Shown: positions 1 to 10,780, counted from the stretch's first letter. The stretch is DNA of 15,568 nt from Azolla caroliniana (GCA_043228905.1 JBHGNT010000793.1:1-15568), one strand, 5' to 3'. Translations and numbers: made by a program. The notes: generated by a model from the sequence alone, not told the origin.

Positions 1-4
1 AATG

Positions 5-499
5 TGTCGTGCCTTTCAACACTGGATCGTTTGCGTGAGTCGGCTGGGAACCGTTGGGGTTTTGAACTAGGAGAGGAAGAATACGAGATAAGTCTAGTTA
101 TGAATAGGTTGTAAGAAAGGAAGATATGAAACTCCTGAATCCCACGAGTATAGTGTATTAAATAATGTTTTAGGAAAGAATATGAATTTAGATTGCAAGA
201 GAGAAATAGATGGAAAAATTGTGAAATCCCCATGAATATAATATATTAATCAAACCTTCAAAACTATCCACAACACCATGTACATCTTTCTCTCTTCCTT
301 ATATAGTGATGAGAGAGGCTTTACAATCCATGCTTTTTCTCTAACTATAGACTCCATGCTTTTTCTGTCGATAGACTATATGCTTTCTCTAACATGCTTT
401 TTCTAAAAGTGATCATGCGTTTTTTATCTAACTATAGCTTTTTTATCTAGAAAATATACGTGAAATAACCTTTTTATGTGGGATATCTACTTTTTAACA
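5..499 (-). mobile_element. Complete ~495-bp LTR, probably Ty3/Gypsy (resembles abundant moss Gypsy LTRs)
   Basis: Bounded by TGTCG (5) and TAACA (499), i.e. TG...CA. A TATA-like CTATATAAGG lies on the minus strand at 297-306, with short CATGCTTTTTCT repeats at ~329-430. Bases 5-~275 are clearly homologous to 3685-3940, which abuts a Gypsy integrase. No TSD can be shown because only 4 bases lie to the left. Confidence 0.75.
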
Positions 500-672
500 C
501 TTATGATATGTTAGTGTAATTGTAAGGCTTTATATTATAAACATGGAGGTACAAGGTTTGAATCTTGCCCTTTGCATGTAATATATATATTTATATTTTC
601 TTCTATTTCTTCATATTTATGGAATCTAGACTATATACGTTTTTCACGTAGTGTACGAAATACACTACGACA
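500..672 (-). mobile_element. Truncated terminal fragment of a second element (probable LTR end) inserted into the Copia element
   Basis: AT-rich block ending in ...CGACA at 672 (minus strand begins TGTCGTAGTG), exactly where the GC-rich Copia coding sequence stops. It contains a 9-bp hairpin at 647-669. It is cut on the left by the 5-499 LTR. Confidence 0.45.
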
Positions 673-3276
673 ACGCGGGCTTCATTTCCGAAGGTCTGCC
701 TTCGTTCTTCTCTGAGTCGGATTCGCTTCGATCCGACTCCTCTTTATCAGTATCATACTCCGGCATCTTCTTCTTTCCGTTGTCTTTGCACGTGAACCGT
801 CTCCTCGGCTTCTTGCACGGGGATTGTGCGATCGAGTCTCCACTACTCGGCAGCTCTACGTCTGACTAGTCATGCCGACTCAGTCGCTCATTCGGCCCAT
901 TTAGCTTGAATGATATCAGACTCTCTTCCAGAGCTCTGATGTCTCCTTCATCCCGAGGCATTTCAGCCTCGTTGAACTCTTCGTCAGAGATCGGAATAGA
1001 GTCGTTAGGGGTTGGAAGCGAAGGCGAGTACCACGACGCGGACTCGTCGAACACAACATCATGACTTACGCAAGATTGTTTGGTTCGGGGGTTATAACAC
1101 TTATAACCCTTTTGTTCATCCGAGTAGCCAACCAAGATACACTTCTCGACTTTGGCATCCAACTTCCTCCGTTTCTTCTTCGGCACATGCACATACGCGA
1201 TGCTACCGAAAACCCTCAAGTGTGCCAAGTTTGGCTTCTTCTTGAAGTACAACTCATGTGGCGACACTCCTCCATTGGCAGAAGCCCAATTCTAGAGGTA
1301 GACTGTTGTTCTACAACTTCGGCCCAATAGAACTTCAGTAGATGCTTCTCTTCAAGCATTACCCTTGTCGCCTCCTCTATCGTCTGATTCTTCCTCTCGG
1401 CCACGACGTTCTGCTACGCGTGCATCTATGCGAGAATTCACATCGAATTCCCTCCTTTTGTAGATAACTCGAGAACTGGTTGGAGAAGTACTCCTTCCCG
1501 CCATCAGACCTTAGGCACTTGATCTTTCGCCCAATTTCCCTTTCCGCAAGGCTCTTCACCTTCAAGAAACACGCAAAGACTTCACTCTTTTTTGCGATCA
1601 AGTACGCCCAAGTGTGCCGAGTGAAGTCATCGATGAAGAATATGAAGTAACGGCTTCCTCCGATGCTCACATTCTGTGTTGGTCCCCATACATCTGAATG
1701 GATCACATCTAATGGATTTCAACTCCTATTACGCTCGTTCGGGAATGGAAGTCGGTGTTGCTTCCCGAGCTAGCAGGCTTCGTAGACTTGGTCGTTTTGG
1801 GCACTAAATTTTGGCAGTCCGAAAACGATGTTTTTTGTCTGCATTTCACGAAGCCACAGGAAGTTAAAATGGTTGAACTGCTTATCCTATAGGTCGATGT
1901 CTGACACGACCTTCTGTCCTTTCGTGAACAACGAGGTTCCAACTTCGTTGGTGTTGAGGATTAACATCCTCCCTTCTCGACGCCCTTGTGCAATGACTTT
2001 GCCCTCTTCCTCGATGTAGCAACCTAGATGCGTGAATCGAACTTGCATACCCTGGTCGACGATCTGTCCGACCAACCAGGTTCTTGGTTATTGTCGGGAT
2101 GTGTAACACATTCATGAGTTTCCCTTTCTACCCGACGTGGCTGAGGGGAACTTCTCTTACATGTTCAATGGTATGCAGAGTGTCGTCTCCTGTTTCGACC
2201 ACTCCTGGCTTTTCCGGTTTCTCCAAGTACGAGAACCATTCCTTGTGACTCGTCATATGATTTGACGCTCCGGAGTCAATATACCACACCTCATTCGGTT
2301 TGGAGGTGTTCACCGCCATCAAATTGGCCTTGTGCTTCATTACGAAGGCTGGGCCCGATCCATTTTCGGCTCGTTCGGAGCCCTCGGCGTAGTGCGATCA
2401 TTACCGATTTCCTTGTTCTGTCCAGCCGGAGCCGGATGTGGTTTTCTCCGAATTGGCGCATTTCTTCTAGCACTCGCTCTCTTTGTGGCCTTTCTTGCCA
2501 CAGTACTAGCATTCTACAACAAGCTTTCCTTGCTAGTATCTGGCGCCGCCTCGACTCCCCCTACTTCCAGAGGGTTCGGAACTATTGTTGGCATTACGAC
2601 CATGCTTTCCATCTTGCTCTTGTCGGCCACCTCCATTGTTCGCGGACTTGCCTCATCCACCACAACTACGGGGCCTATCTTCCTCCGTGTATAGCATCTC
2701 ATTGTCGGTGTGCGTACTCGTTGACGCACCCGCGTGGTTCTCCTCTACTAGGAGCATCGAAAAACGACGACATATTCTCCCTCGTAAAGAGCACAATTCT
2801 GAAACCTCCGAACTTCGACGCTAGGCCTCTAGGCACACCTGCACCATTTCGTCCTCCTCGATGTTTACATCGAAGGAGGCAAGAGAGTCGCAAATGTCCT
2901 TGATTTTGGAGGTGTAGTTAGCCATTGACATATCTCGTTGTCGAACATTTCTCAACACTTGCCTGAGTTGGAGCTTTCTGGCTATGGTGCTCGCTGCGAA
3001 AATCTTTTTCAGATTTCCCCAAGCATCCTTTGGCGTCCTCACATCCCAAATATAACTCAGAAGTTGATCACTCACACATGATGCGAAGCAGTAGAGAAAT
3101 CTGCTTGCCGCCTATTCCCAGGCCGGGAAATCTTTGTGTGTTGATTCAGGTGTTGCGTCATTAGCTCCATCGACATAACTCCAGTAGCCATGCTCGAGCA
3201 AGTATTGGTGCATCTTGTACGACCAAGATGCGTAGTTGCTTCTGTCGAGCTTCTCCGTCGGAAGCGAGCTACCCAT
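673..3276 (-). pseudogene. Disrupted Copia gag-pol polyprotein
   Basis: ATG at 3276 (MGSSLPTEKLDRSNYASW). UBN2-type gag (KDAWGNLKKIFA...RKLQLR). Zinc knuckle C*YCGKKGHKESEC at ~2470-2511. Protease WYIDSGASNHMT at ~2255-2290. Integrase motifs HSDVWGP, FIDDFTR, LRSDGGKEY, AERKN, HLRVFGS and KCILVGY..KGYKCYNP. Many in-frame stops and frameshifts. Confidence 0.93.
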
Positions 3277-3361
3277 TCCTCTATCCAGTCTTTCCTTCTT
3301 CAGTTCTTCACCGTGATTAGGGTTTGTCTGTTTGTCAACAGCAGAGGATCTCAACCCTCGC

Positions 3362-3373
3362 GCTTTGATACCA
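3362..3373 (-). promoter_or_regulatory. Primer-binding site complementary to initiator tRNA-Met 3' end
   Basis: Minus strand reads TGGTATCAAAGC directly after the LTR's terminal CA. The canonical plant PBS is TGGTATCAGAGC (1 mismatch). Confidence 0.9.
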
Positions 3374-3668
3374 TGTAAAAGAATACATGCGAAAGCTTAA
3401 CAGACACAACCGGGTAACAACTGACAAAAGACAAGGAAGATGAGGAAGGTTTAATGGAGAGCCTAATCAACACAACGTACGCAGGAGAGACAGAGACAAT
3501 AGAACACAAAAAACTCTATTCCAAAATAATAACACTCTATACATAGGAGAGCACTTTTATACAAGTCCATACGGATTGGCAGAAGTATTGACACGTACTT
3601 CAATGCTCATCAATGAGCCCTTACACTAACTCCCAAAATATATTCCTCCGCGGAATATCTTTCCAACA
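3374..3668 (-). repeat. 5' LTR of the Copia element (295 bp)
   Basis: Minus strand starts TGTTGGAAAG (3668) and ends TTTTACA (3374), adjacent to the PBS. TATA-like TGTATAAAAG at ~3553-3562. Confidence 0.85.
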
Positions 3669-3684
3669 GCCTCCCAGTTTACGC

Positions 3685-3940
3685 TGTCGTGCCTGTCGGC
3701 TCCGGATCGTTGTGTGAGTTGGGTGGGAACCACTAAGGTTTTGGACTAGGAGAAAGAAGAATACAATATAAGGCTAGTTATGAATAGGTAGAAAGAGAAG
3801 TAAGAAATAAAACTTGTGAATCCCACGTTTTTAGTGTATTTAATCAATATTTAGATTGTAAGAAAGAGAATTTTGATGATAAACTCGTGAATCCCACGAA
3901 TATATTAGATTGATCAATCCTTGTAAAATAATCAACAAAC
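3685..3940 (-). mobile_element. Partial LTR (R/U5 half) of the same family as 5-499
   Basis: Begins TGTCGTGCCT like position 5. Shares blocks GGATCGTT, ACTAGGAGA..AAGAATAC, CTAGTTATGAATAGGT and TGAATCCCACG..TAGTGTATT with 5-275. Confidence 0.85.
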
Positions 3941-3943
3941 CGG

Positions 3944-4412
3944 CCATAGTGCATACAGGAGCATATGCGGCCAATCCTTCACCCTTTTGTCGCATGCTTT
4001 GGCAAGTGCTTTGACGATCGGACTATGTCCTCGTTCGATTTTCTCGTTGGCCTCTGGATTGTATGTCATTGTTAGTGTTAACCAAACTCCATGTTTGGTG
4101 AAGAATTCCCTAACTTTATCAGAGTCGAGTTCTCCCCGATCCGCAATCACTTGTCGTACGCACCCGTACCTACAAAACACCTCCTCCAAAAGAAATTTGC
4201 ATACCGCAGAACACGTTTTCCTTCATAGCGCCCAACCTTCTACTTGATTTGTGAGATCTTCCCGAGCTAACACCAAGTACTTCTTTTGTCCGATCCTGGT
4301 TGGCATGGCTACAATGTCGACCATCCATTTGAAGTTGATTGTCGGTCGACGGTGAGAATCTCGGATGTAACTCATCTCGGTGTCGAACTCCGTAGTAGAT
4401 TTGACACTTCCT
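3944..4412 (-). pseudogene. Ty3/Gypsy integrase core fragment (frameshifted)
   Basis: KCQIYYGVRHRDELHP, FKWMVDIVAMP..KKYLVLAREDLTNQVEG, EEVFCRYG..VIADRGE, YNPEANEKIERGH..WPHMLLYALW. The D,D,E triad is present across three reading frames. Confidence 0.88.
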
Positions 4413-4504
4413 GTTTCTTCTAAAGTGTTCATGCACACTAAATGTGCATGAGTTGCCTTTTTACACTATGCTTTTATTTCCTAAATATAGTGCTCATGCT
4501 CGCT

Positions 4505-5950
4505 AGATGTCCATGATAATGTAGTGGCCCGTGGGGTTGCTAATCTCTATCCTGAATAATTTGAAAGGGAAAACAAAATCAAGACCCCATTCATGGAATC
4601 TCTTCAATGCAATGTTCAGTAAGTGGGACATATGAATCAAATGGTGAAAATTATCATGCTTTTTTATTATAGTGATGCACATCCCTTGGCATTTGGGCCA
4701 CAAAAAGGCACTTTATGGGCTAAATTCGTTATTTGGTTATAAATTGGTCTTCACAAGATGTACTACTACTGTTTTTTTCTTAGTTTTATGTAGATTGATG
4801 TGACGAAAGGGGAAAGTTGGATTACTTAGCGTTAAATTTTATATTGGTAGCAAGCATTTGACTAGGTAATATGGAAATTAATTCAGGGGAATTTCCACTT
4901 GATTTCACATGCATTTCATATCTTGCTCATGATGACCATTGTTTTATGTTCTTCAAATGCATTATTAGTCAATTCAATACATGAATGGGGCAAGATTCCT
5001 TGTCGTGCATATTGTTAAACGAACATGAAAATGAGAGATGAATATGATAATCAAAAGTGGCTACAAAAAAACATGTTGAGTCGTTAGATAAAGTAGTTAC
5101 TCAATGAATTCACATAAGAACATTATACATTGTAGTTGATTCTCTTGTAGATGTGTATAATGTGTTTTATATCGGCCTCAAAAGAAGTCGAAACCTTGTT
5201 ATATTAAATCTCGTGGAAATTGCACTATGGAGATACCAAGGAATTTGTGCATATTCGTAAAGTTGTATTGAGTAAAGACATTAAGTATGCTTCAATAACA
5301 ATAGCTTATCATGCAATGTAAGTAAAGAAGGGCATAACAAAAAGAAACACTTTACAAAGCGAAAGTGGAATGATATCTTATGGTTTTTTAGAAGAGTTTC
5401 ATATTTTCATATTAGATAACAATTTTATTGAAAGAGCACAACCCAACCACATCTCCTCATTTCATGCTTTACAACTAACTCATCAATCCTTGGTCATCAA
5501 AGTAAGGTGTCAGAAATTGCATTTGTTTCTATAATGAAAACATTGTACCTACTTTATAAAAAATTGAAATGTACTAATGGCATTAACAAATCAGCTATCA
5601 ACAAGCATATATGGTGACAAATTCCACAATTTGTTCATCTTGACAATGCATTGACTCTTCCTCTACACAATAAACAGACACTCTCGTAGGACAAAAGAAT
5701 GTTAGTGGTGATTGCTTTATGTTACAATCTTAATATTCATTAAAGAATACTACGTCATCCAATTGGTATAAGGGCATTGTTTGTTTTTGTTTTAGATATA
5801 GCTCTTTAAAGTTCCCCCTCTTTTGCTTTCTAAAACGCTTGCTCGTGATTCATTTCAAATAGTTTCTATTAGAATCTTGTTCCTCGTCAAACTCCTTCTC
5901 CCATGTCTTTTCATAAATTTTTCTGTGTACCTTATCATATTTCTCCATCT
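4505..5950 (-). pseudogene. Ancient, heavily decayed Gypsy pol (RT-RNaseH-INT)
   Basis: Manual translation gives NAISTFQ (5564-5584, cf. NAPATFQ) followed ~60 nt later by YFDD (5493-5504). Downstream come LWP..RDVHHY (~4675-4705) and RFHEWGLDFVFPFK..TGHYII (~4515-4605, cf. KWGLDFVGP). The domain order is Gypsy. Boundaries are approximate. Confidence 0.55.
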
Positions 5951-6149
5951 CTTGTTATCAACAACTCCAATGGCACATTCGCATTGTGAAAGGTTACAAA
6001 GGATTTTCCCATTGAAAAATGCTAAGTTACACCCATGTTAAGAAATCAACTAGGAACTATGATGTTGTTTGTAAAACCTTATATGATCGTGCACTTTAAC
6101 AAAAAAATTAATTGATGTTGTTAAACATCTTCAACAAAGCAACAATTAA

Positions 6150-7250
6150 AGCTCTTTGTGGATCAACTTCATAAAACTTAAGACCACAACTTTGTTGGAT
6201 CCAATGACTTCTTGATATATGAATAAAAGAAGAGTGCATCTCAATTTCGCCAATGGCCTAAACTTTATGCCATAATATGTATGTCAAGTGAGTGCGATTG
6301 TTGAAGGATATTTTAAAGGGTGGGATATCTAGAACCTTAACTCTTCTAAATATATGCTACACATTTTGAAGTATCTAGGTAATTAAGGATGTCCTAGTTA
6401 CAAAATTCTTCAAAATTGTTGAGCTAGCAAGTTGAATAGATAATAACCATTAATGGAACCTATTGTACGTGGCATAATTATGCATATAATATTTAGTAGC
6501 ACAAGCTGGAAATTAGCTAAATGTTCAATGTTGATTGCTCATGATTCAAAAACTAACACACTTTATAGTATGCATGCTTCAAGTGGCTTAATCTAGCCAT
6601 ATATCATAGTGGCTAAAATTCTTGATCGTTAGCTATAGAATTTTTGCGTGGGCCACTTGAACCAAGTGGCCATGAATATCCTTGTATGAAAAGGGTATTT
6701 TCCTTCTCTTTGATATCTCATTCTTCGGGTCAAGTGATATTTGTCCTCACCCGCACCCCTCAAAAATATTGTCAACGTTGTTGATTATGTTAGTTGAAAA
6801 TGAGTTCTCTCCTTGTTCATAAATAGACATGTTATTAATTATATTTCGAAGTGAGTTAAATTAGTTAAAACTAAATCAAACTATCAAGTTAAATGTTTGC
6901 TTAGTGATAACGATGGTGAATATCTCTCTACTAAATTAGAATATATTTTCTCTTCTTGTGGTATATAAATGTAGTTTATTCCTTTTATATGCACCTCAAA
7001 ATGGATTATAACGAAGATGAATCAGGCCATCCAAGAATGTGCCATCAAGATACTCATTATGGGTGATTATCAATGGGTTCAACTCATCAACTAATCGTCA
7101 TGTAAATTGCTTAATGGAGTTCTTAATTAAACTTGGAAGGACATCAACATCTTACAACCATATTCAAGTGTTTGGATAAGAAACTTTGTCATTTCCATAT
7201 GCACACCAATGAGAGCATGTCTATTGATTGATGGTATTCTACCTCCACTT
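6150..7250 (+). pseudogene. Ancient Ty1/Copia PR-INT remnant (Tnt1/Tork-like motifs)
   Basis: Colinear motifs: SWKLAKCSMLIAH..NTLY (6504), GHLNQ (6651), SDIC (6733), KCLLSDNDGEY (6891), QNG (6997), KMNQAIQECA (7014), HIQVFG (7159). Not captured by the ORF track because of stops and frameshifts. Confidence 0.65.
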
Positions 7251-7436
7251 CAATATCGTGAGCCAAAGGATTTGAACTATTGTATACCCTATTGGTAACA
7301 AACCAAGCAAGAGTGGTTGTGCATCACTCTTCATCCTCTAGTTGCACAACCCTAACCTCACAAACTCCCCCTCACACTTCCTTGTGTTAAATATTAATTA
7401 CGAGACTAATTAAGTCCTAAGAAGACCTTAAAAGGT

Positions 7437-7457
7437 ACACACACACACACACACACA
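7437..7457. repeat. (AC)10 microsatellite
   Basis: Direct reading. Confidence 0.95.
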
Positions 7458-7899
7458 TGCGTAAAGATAAACTATATATGTGTTAACATCATCCCCATCT
7501 CAATCAATACAAGAGTTTCCAACGCACATACAAAAGGAGGAGTGACTAAGGTATATCTTATTAATGCTTAGAATTAATCACTCCACTCACTTAAGTGAAA
7601 GGTTAAGGAAGGGGGAAGAGAGATCTCAAGGTAGGTTGTAGGAGGAGAGAAAAAATGAAGAGGGAAGAAGAGCTACAAAAGTAACCAATTTTGGTTTTTA
7701 TAGCTTTTTAAATTGAGGTTTGGCGTGTTTCACAATGTGGTCGCCATTTGACCCAAAGCTTTGAAGGGAGTTTTGTTATATTCCACTTTTATCTAATGTT
7801 CCATTGAGCTCAGCACTTAACGCCAACGTCGATTTCTTCATTGATCATGTTACGTATGACAGGCACTTAACAGAAGCTAAAGACTATGTCTTGAAATTT

Positions 7900-8030
7900 C
7901 TCTACCATAAGCTTAAACACAAGTCAAATAAGTGCATCTTCATTGGAGAAGGTTCCAAAGAAGCTATAGATTTGGGGTCCCACTACTCTCAAAGCGGTCA
8001 AATTTTGTGACGTATGTCTCAACATAAAAA
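7900..8030 (+). pseudogene. Small Copia integrase C-terminal (GKGY/SH3-like) remnant
   Basis: KLKHKSNKCIFIG (cf. KLDPKSKKCIFIGY) followed by a shifted YRF..P and K..DV..N. Confidence 0.45.
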
Positions 8031-8254
8031 TAATGCATAAGAGACTCATTATGGACGTAGTGTACTATTGAGTGTGTTTTCTAGATACGTGTACTCCTAA
8101 CATGGATAAACAAGTTAAAGAAAAACCAATATCAATATGGATGTTTTTCCTTCATCAATTAATGCCATAAGTCAATATGGTCATGTTGTCACAATATTAA
8201 CACCCATGTGTGTGAAAGTCAAGCATAACCACTAAAGACCCAAACTAGAGAAGT

Positions 8255-8590
8255 ATATGAGATCACTTGTAGTTTTCCCTTTTGGGTAATGCAGGAAGCA
8301 TGTGAATGACAATCCTTGGAGAATATTTGCTCAAATATTCACCAACTTTTTGTATTTCTCATTATGTATATTTATATGAGTGTAGTACATATGTGCAAAT
8401 GTGTGTGTTTAGCGGTATAATATTCCACTTGAAATGTGTGAGAGCGCTTGTAGTTTTGCTTTTTTGGGAACACATGATGCATGTGAATGACAATCCTTGG
8501 AGGATATTGGTTCAAATAGTTACCAATCTTTTGTATTTCTCATTATGTATATTTATACGAATACCTACTTGCAAATGTGTGAGTGAGTGT
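8255..8590. repeat. Diverged tandem duplication, ~181-bp period, 2 copies
   Basis: CTTGTAGTTTT at 8266 and 8447. GCATGTGAATGACAATCCTTGGAG at 8298 and 8479. TTTTGTATTTCTCATTATGTATATTTATA in both copies. Confidence 0.9.
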
Positions 8591-10408
8591 TTGTGTATGA
8601 TGTATATCTGTATACGAATAAGTGTTTATTGTATACTTGTAAGTTTGTATGTGCATGTATAAGTGGGTAAGTGTTAAAGCATATGCATATGTGTTTATAT
8701 ATAAGAGTGTGAACGTGTTAATAAGTGGTTGAGTTTTATGTGCAAAGTTTTGTTAGTTCTCGTAGGGGAATAAGTGTGTGTATGTGTGGGAATGTGTATG
8801 TGTACATTGATTTGGTAAGGGGAAATAGTATACTTTGGATTTCGGAAAGTCTTTTCTTTTAGGTTTATTGGAAAGGAGTAGGGTATTTTGGGAACATAAA
8901 GCTCCCCCACCCTCCCTTAGTATTAAGTTCTTAAGGAGGGAGGTAGTGTGTGTAAAGGAGGGTCAAAAAAGGTCCTCCAAGTGTGAACCCTATGCTAAGC
9001 ACCACACATTTGCAAGTTTGGTGTCAATCACAAATGCCAACATGTAGTGACGATGTAGATAGTTGTGGCAGGTCGAACTTGTCTCCTTCCCTCACCCTTC
9101 TTCTTTATTATCTTCCCATGCGTACATGGCTTTGGCCTTATCTAGGCTTGAATGTAGATACTTGAGGTCCAAAGTACCTAGGGACGAACTATCATAAGTT
9201 CAACGAGGACCTTGGAGGATTAAATGTCCCTAGGTCTTAAATAGGAACTTGGAATAATTCCATATTCCTATTTCTTTTCATAGGGAAACTTATCCTTGTT
9301 TTTCTACCCTAGTACAAGCATTGCCCAAAGGGAGGGGCATCAGATTTTATGAAATCTAGATGTGCAAATTCAAGTCCCATCGCTCATCGATTTTTTTTCT
9401 TCATAGTTTTCTCTCTAGTGCTCCAATTTCAAAGCCTAAAATTTTTTCACAGTTCCTGCAAAATAAGATCGATGATGATGTGTAGATCAGTCAAGACTCA
9501 AAAGTATCAATTTGAATTCTATCTCCGCAAAATTAACACAATAATAGGTGTAGCTTTTTGTCACGTGCTCATATTTTTGAGCCGAAAAGTTTGTAGCGAT
9601 CCTTGTTTGATCTAGAATCACAAAGAGTACAATTTATAACTTCTTTCCCAAATGCATGATTCTTACTTAATACATACAGATGGAAATATTTTTAATCGTT
9701 ACAATCAATTTTGAAAGGCTTGGGATTAAGATACAACTAACATTTTTTACAATGATCAGCCTTGTTACATGGCATTAAGAAGATGCAAGATATCAATTTC
9801 AAAGAGAGTCGTGGGAAGATATTTTAGTATCAACGTAATGAGTTTATGATCAATGGCCATGTCGTCTTTGTGATTGTAGACCTCCTATTACTCCCTAGTG
9901 ATTCACCATGGTAAATTGTATCTCAACAAGCTTGGGCCCTGATTCTCAAAATGTTGATCCTTTCCAATTACATCTTTCTCTCCGTTTATAGATTTCAAGA
10001 GACCTCTTAGAAACTTCCTTTCGTAGTATGCCTTATCATTGTCCTCAAACAAAAATGAACGTTCGTAAAATGTGCATAATTCCTTTTGTTCTTATCACAT
10101 GTATCATTCTTATTTCTTGTCTATTATAGATCATCTAAAATACCTTTTTGTTGCCAGAGTTCAAACCACTCTTGATCCTATTGTTCAAGTGGTTTGATCC
10201 TCGCCTCCTCTAAACTCCTCTTGGTTACTTCTTCAATCTAAACCTTAACCTATTATAAAGCTTAGGTTTTGGGCGTTTTTCTTTGTTTGCACATGCCACA
10301 TCATGACAATGTGATTGCTAATTGTCGTCTTTAGATTATGTTATTGCCTTCCTATTGTGCCAAAGCCTTGATCTCAACCAAAATTATGAAATTGAAGGAA
10401 AAGCCAAG

Positions 10409-10513
10409 TGGGAAAGTGTTTACAAACTCAAAGATGCGTAAATGTATTGATGGGAAAGTGTTTACAGACTCAAAGATGTGTAAATGTATTGATGGGAAAG
10501 TGTTTATGGACTC
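10409..10513. repeat. 42-bp minisatellite, ~2.5 copies
   Basis: TGGGAAAGTGTTTA at 10409, 10451 and 10493. Copies 1 and 2 differ at 2 positions. Confidence 0.95.
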
Positions 10514-10780
10514 TTTCAAAATCACACTCCATCTTCTCAAGCCCATCTTTGTAAATGTGTATAACGCCCAAAGATTATGCTATTTGAAATAAGCATGTGC
10601 CTCAAGGTGGTCTTTAAGTTTGATGCAATTTTCATGCACTCTAACTACACTTCAAATGATGATGATGCATACCTTCCTTTTTGGAGTTCAAACAAGTTAC
10701 ACAAATGTATAAGACCTACTTATGAGCATCTTCACAAAATGATGTTATAGTAGTACTCACAACCTAAGAACTATGTGTAG

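Larger units (their letters stand above)
673..3668 (-). mobile_element. Ty1/Copia LTR retrotransposon, 5' portion (LTR, PBS, gag, PR, INT); RT/RH and 3' LTR not in window
   Basis: 5' LTR 3668-3374, then PBS, then domains in Copia order gag-PR-INT (see sub-features). Homology ends at ~673 in the INT-RT linker. Confidence 0.95.

Noticed and set aside
651-3378. Plus-strand ORFs (e.g. 2262-2903, 213 aa)
   Set aside because: Antisense shadows of the GC-rich Copia gag-pol; no recognisable motifs.
5-3940. LTR copies at 5 and 3685 as the paired LTRs of one element enclosing the Copia ORFs
   Set aside because: They are too diverged, the second is partial, and the Copia has its own unrelated LTR and PBS at 3362-3668.
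6651-6671. GGCCACTTG-aac-CAAGTGGCC hairpin as a Helitron 3' end or terminator
   Set aside because: No proper CTRR follows (only CTTG), and the bases encode the GHLN motif of the Copia remnant; likely chance.
9176-9235. 10-bp inverted repeat ACCTAGGGAC/GTCCCTAGGT
   Set aside because: Short, with no TSD or other support for an element.
8306-9615. Short ORFs between 8.3 and 9.6 kb
   Set aside because: They lie in TG-rich or repetitive sequence and have no recognisable domains.
10409-10513. CRISPR-like array
   Set aside because: Head-to-tail repeats with no unique spacers, no cas genes, eukaryotic context.
10338-10592. ORF with GKVFTDSKMCKCID repeats as a zinc-finger-like protein
   Set aside because: No C2H2 spacing; explained by the 42-bp minisatellite.
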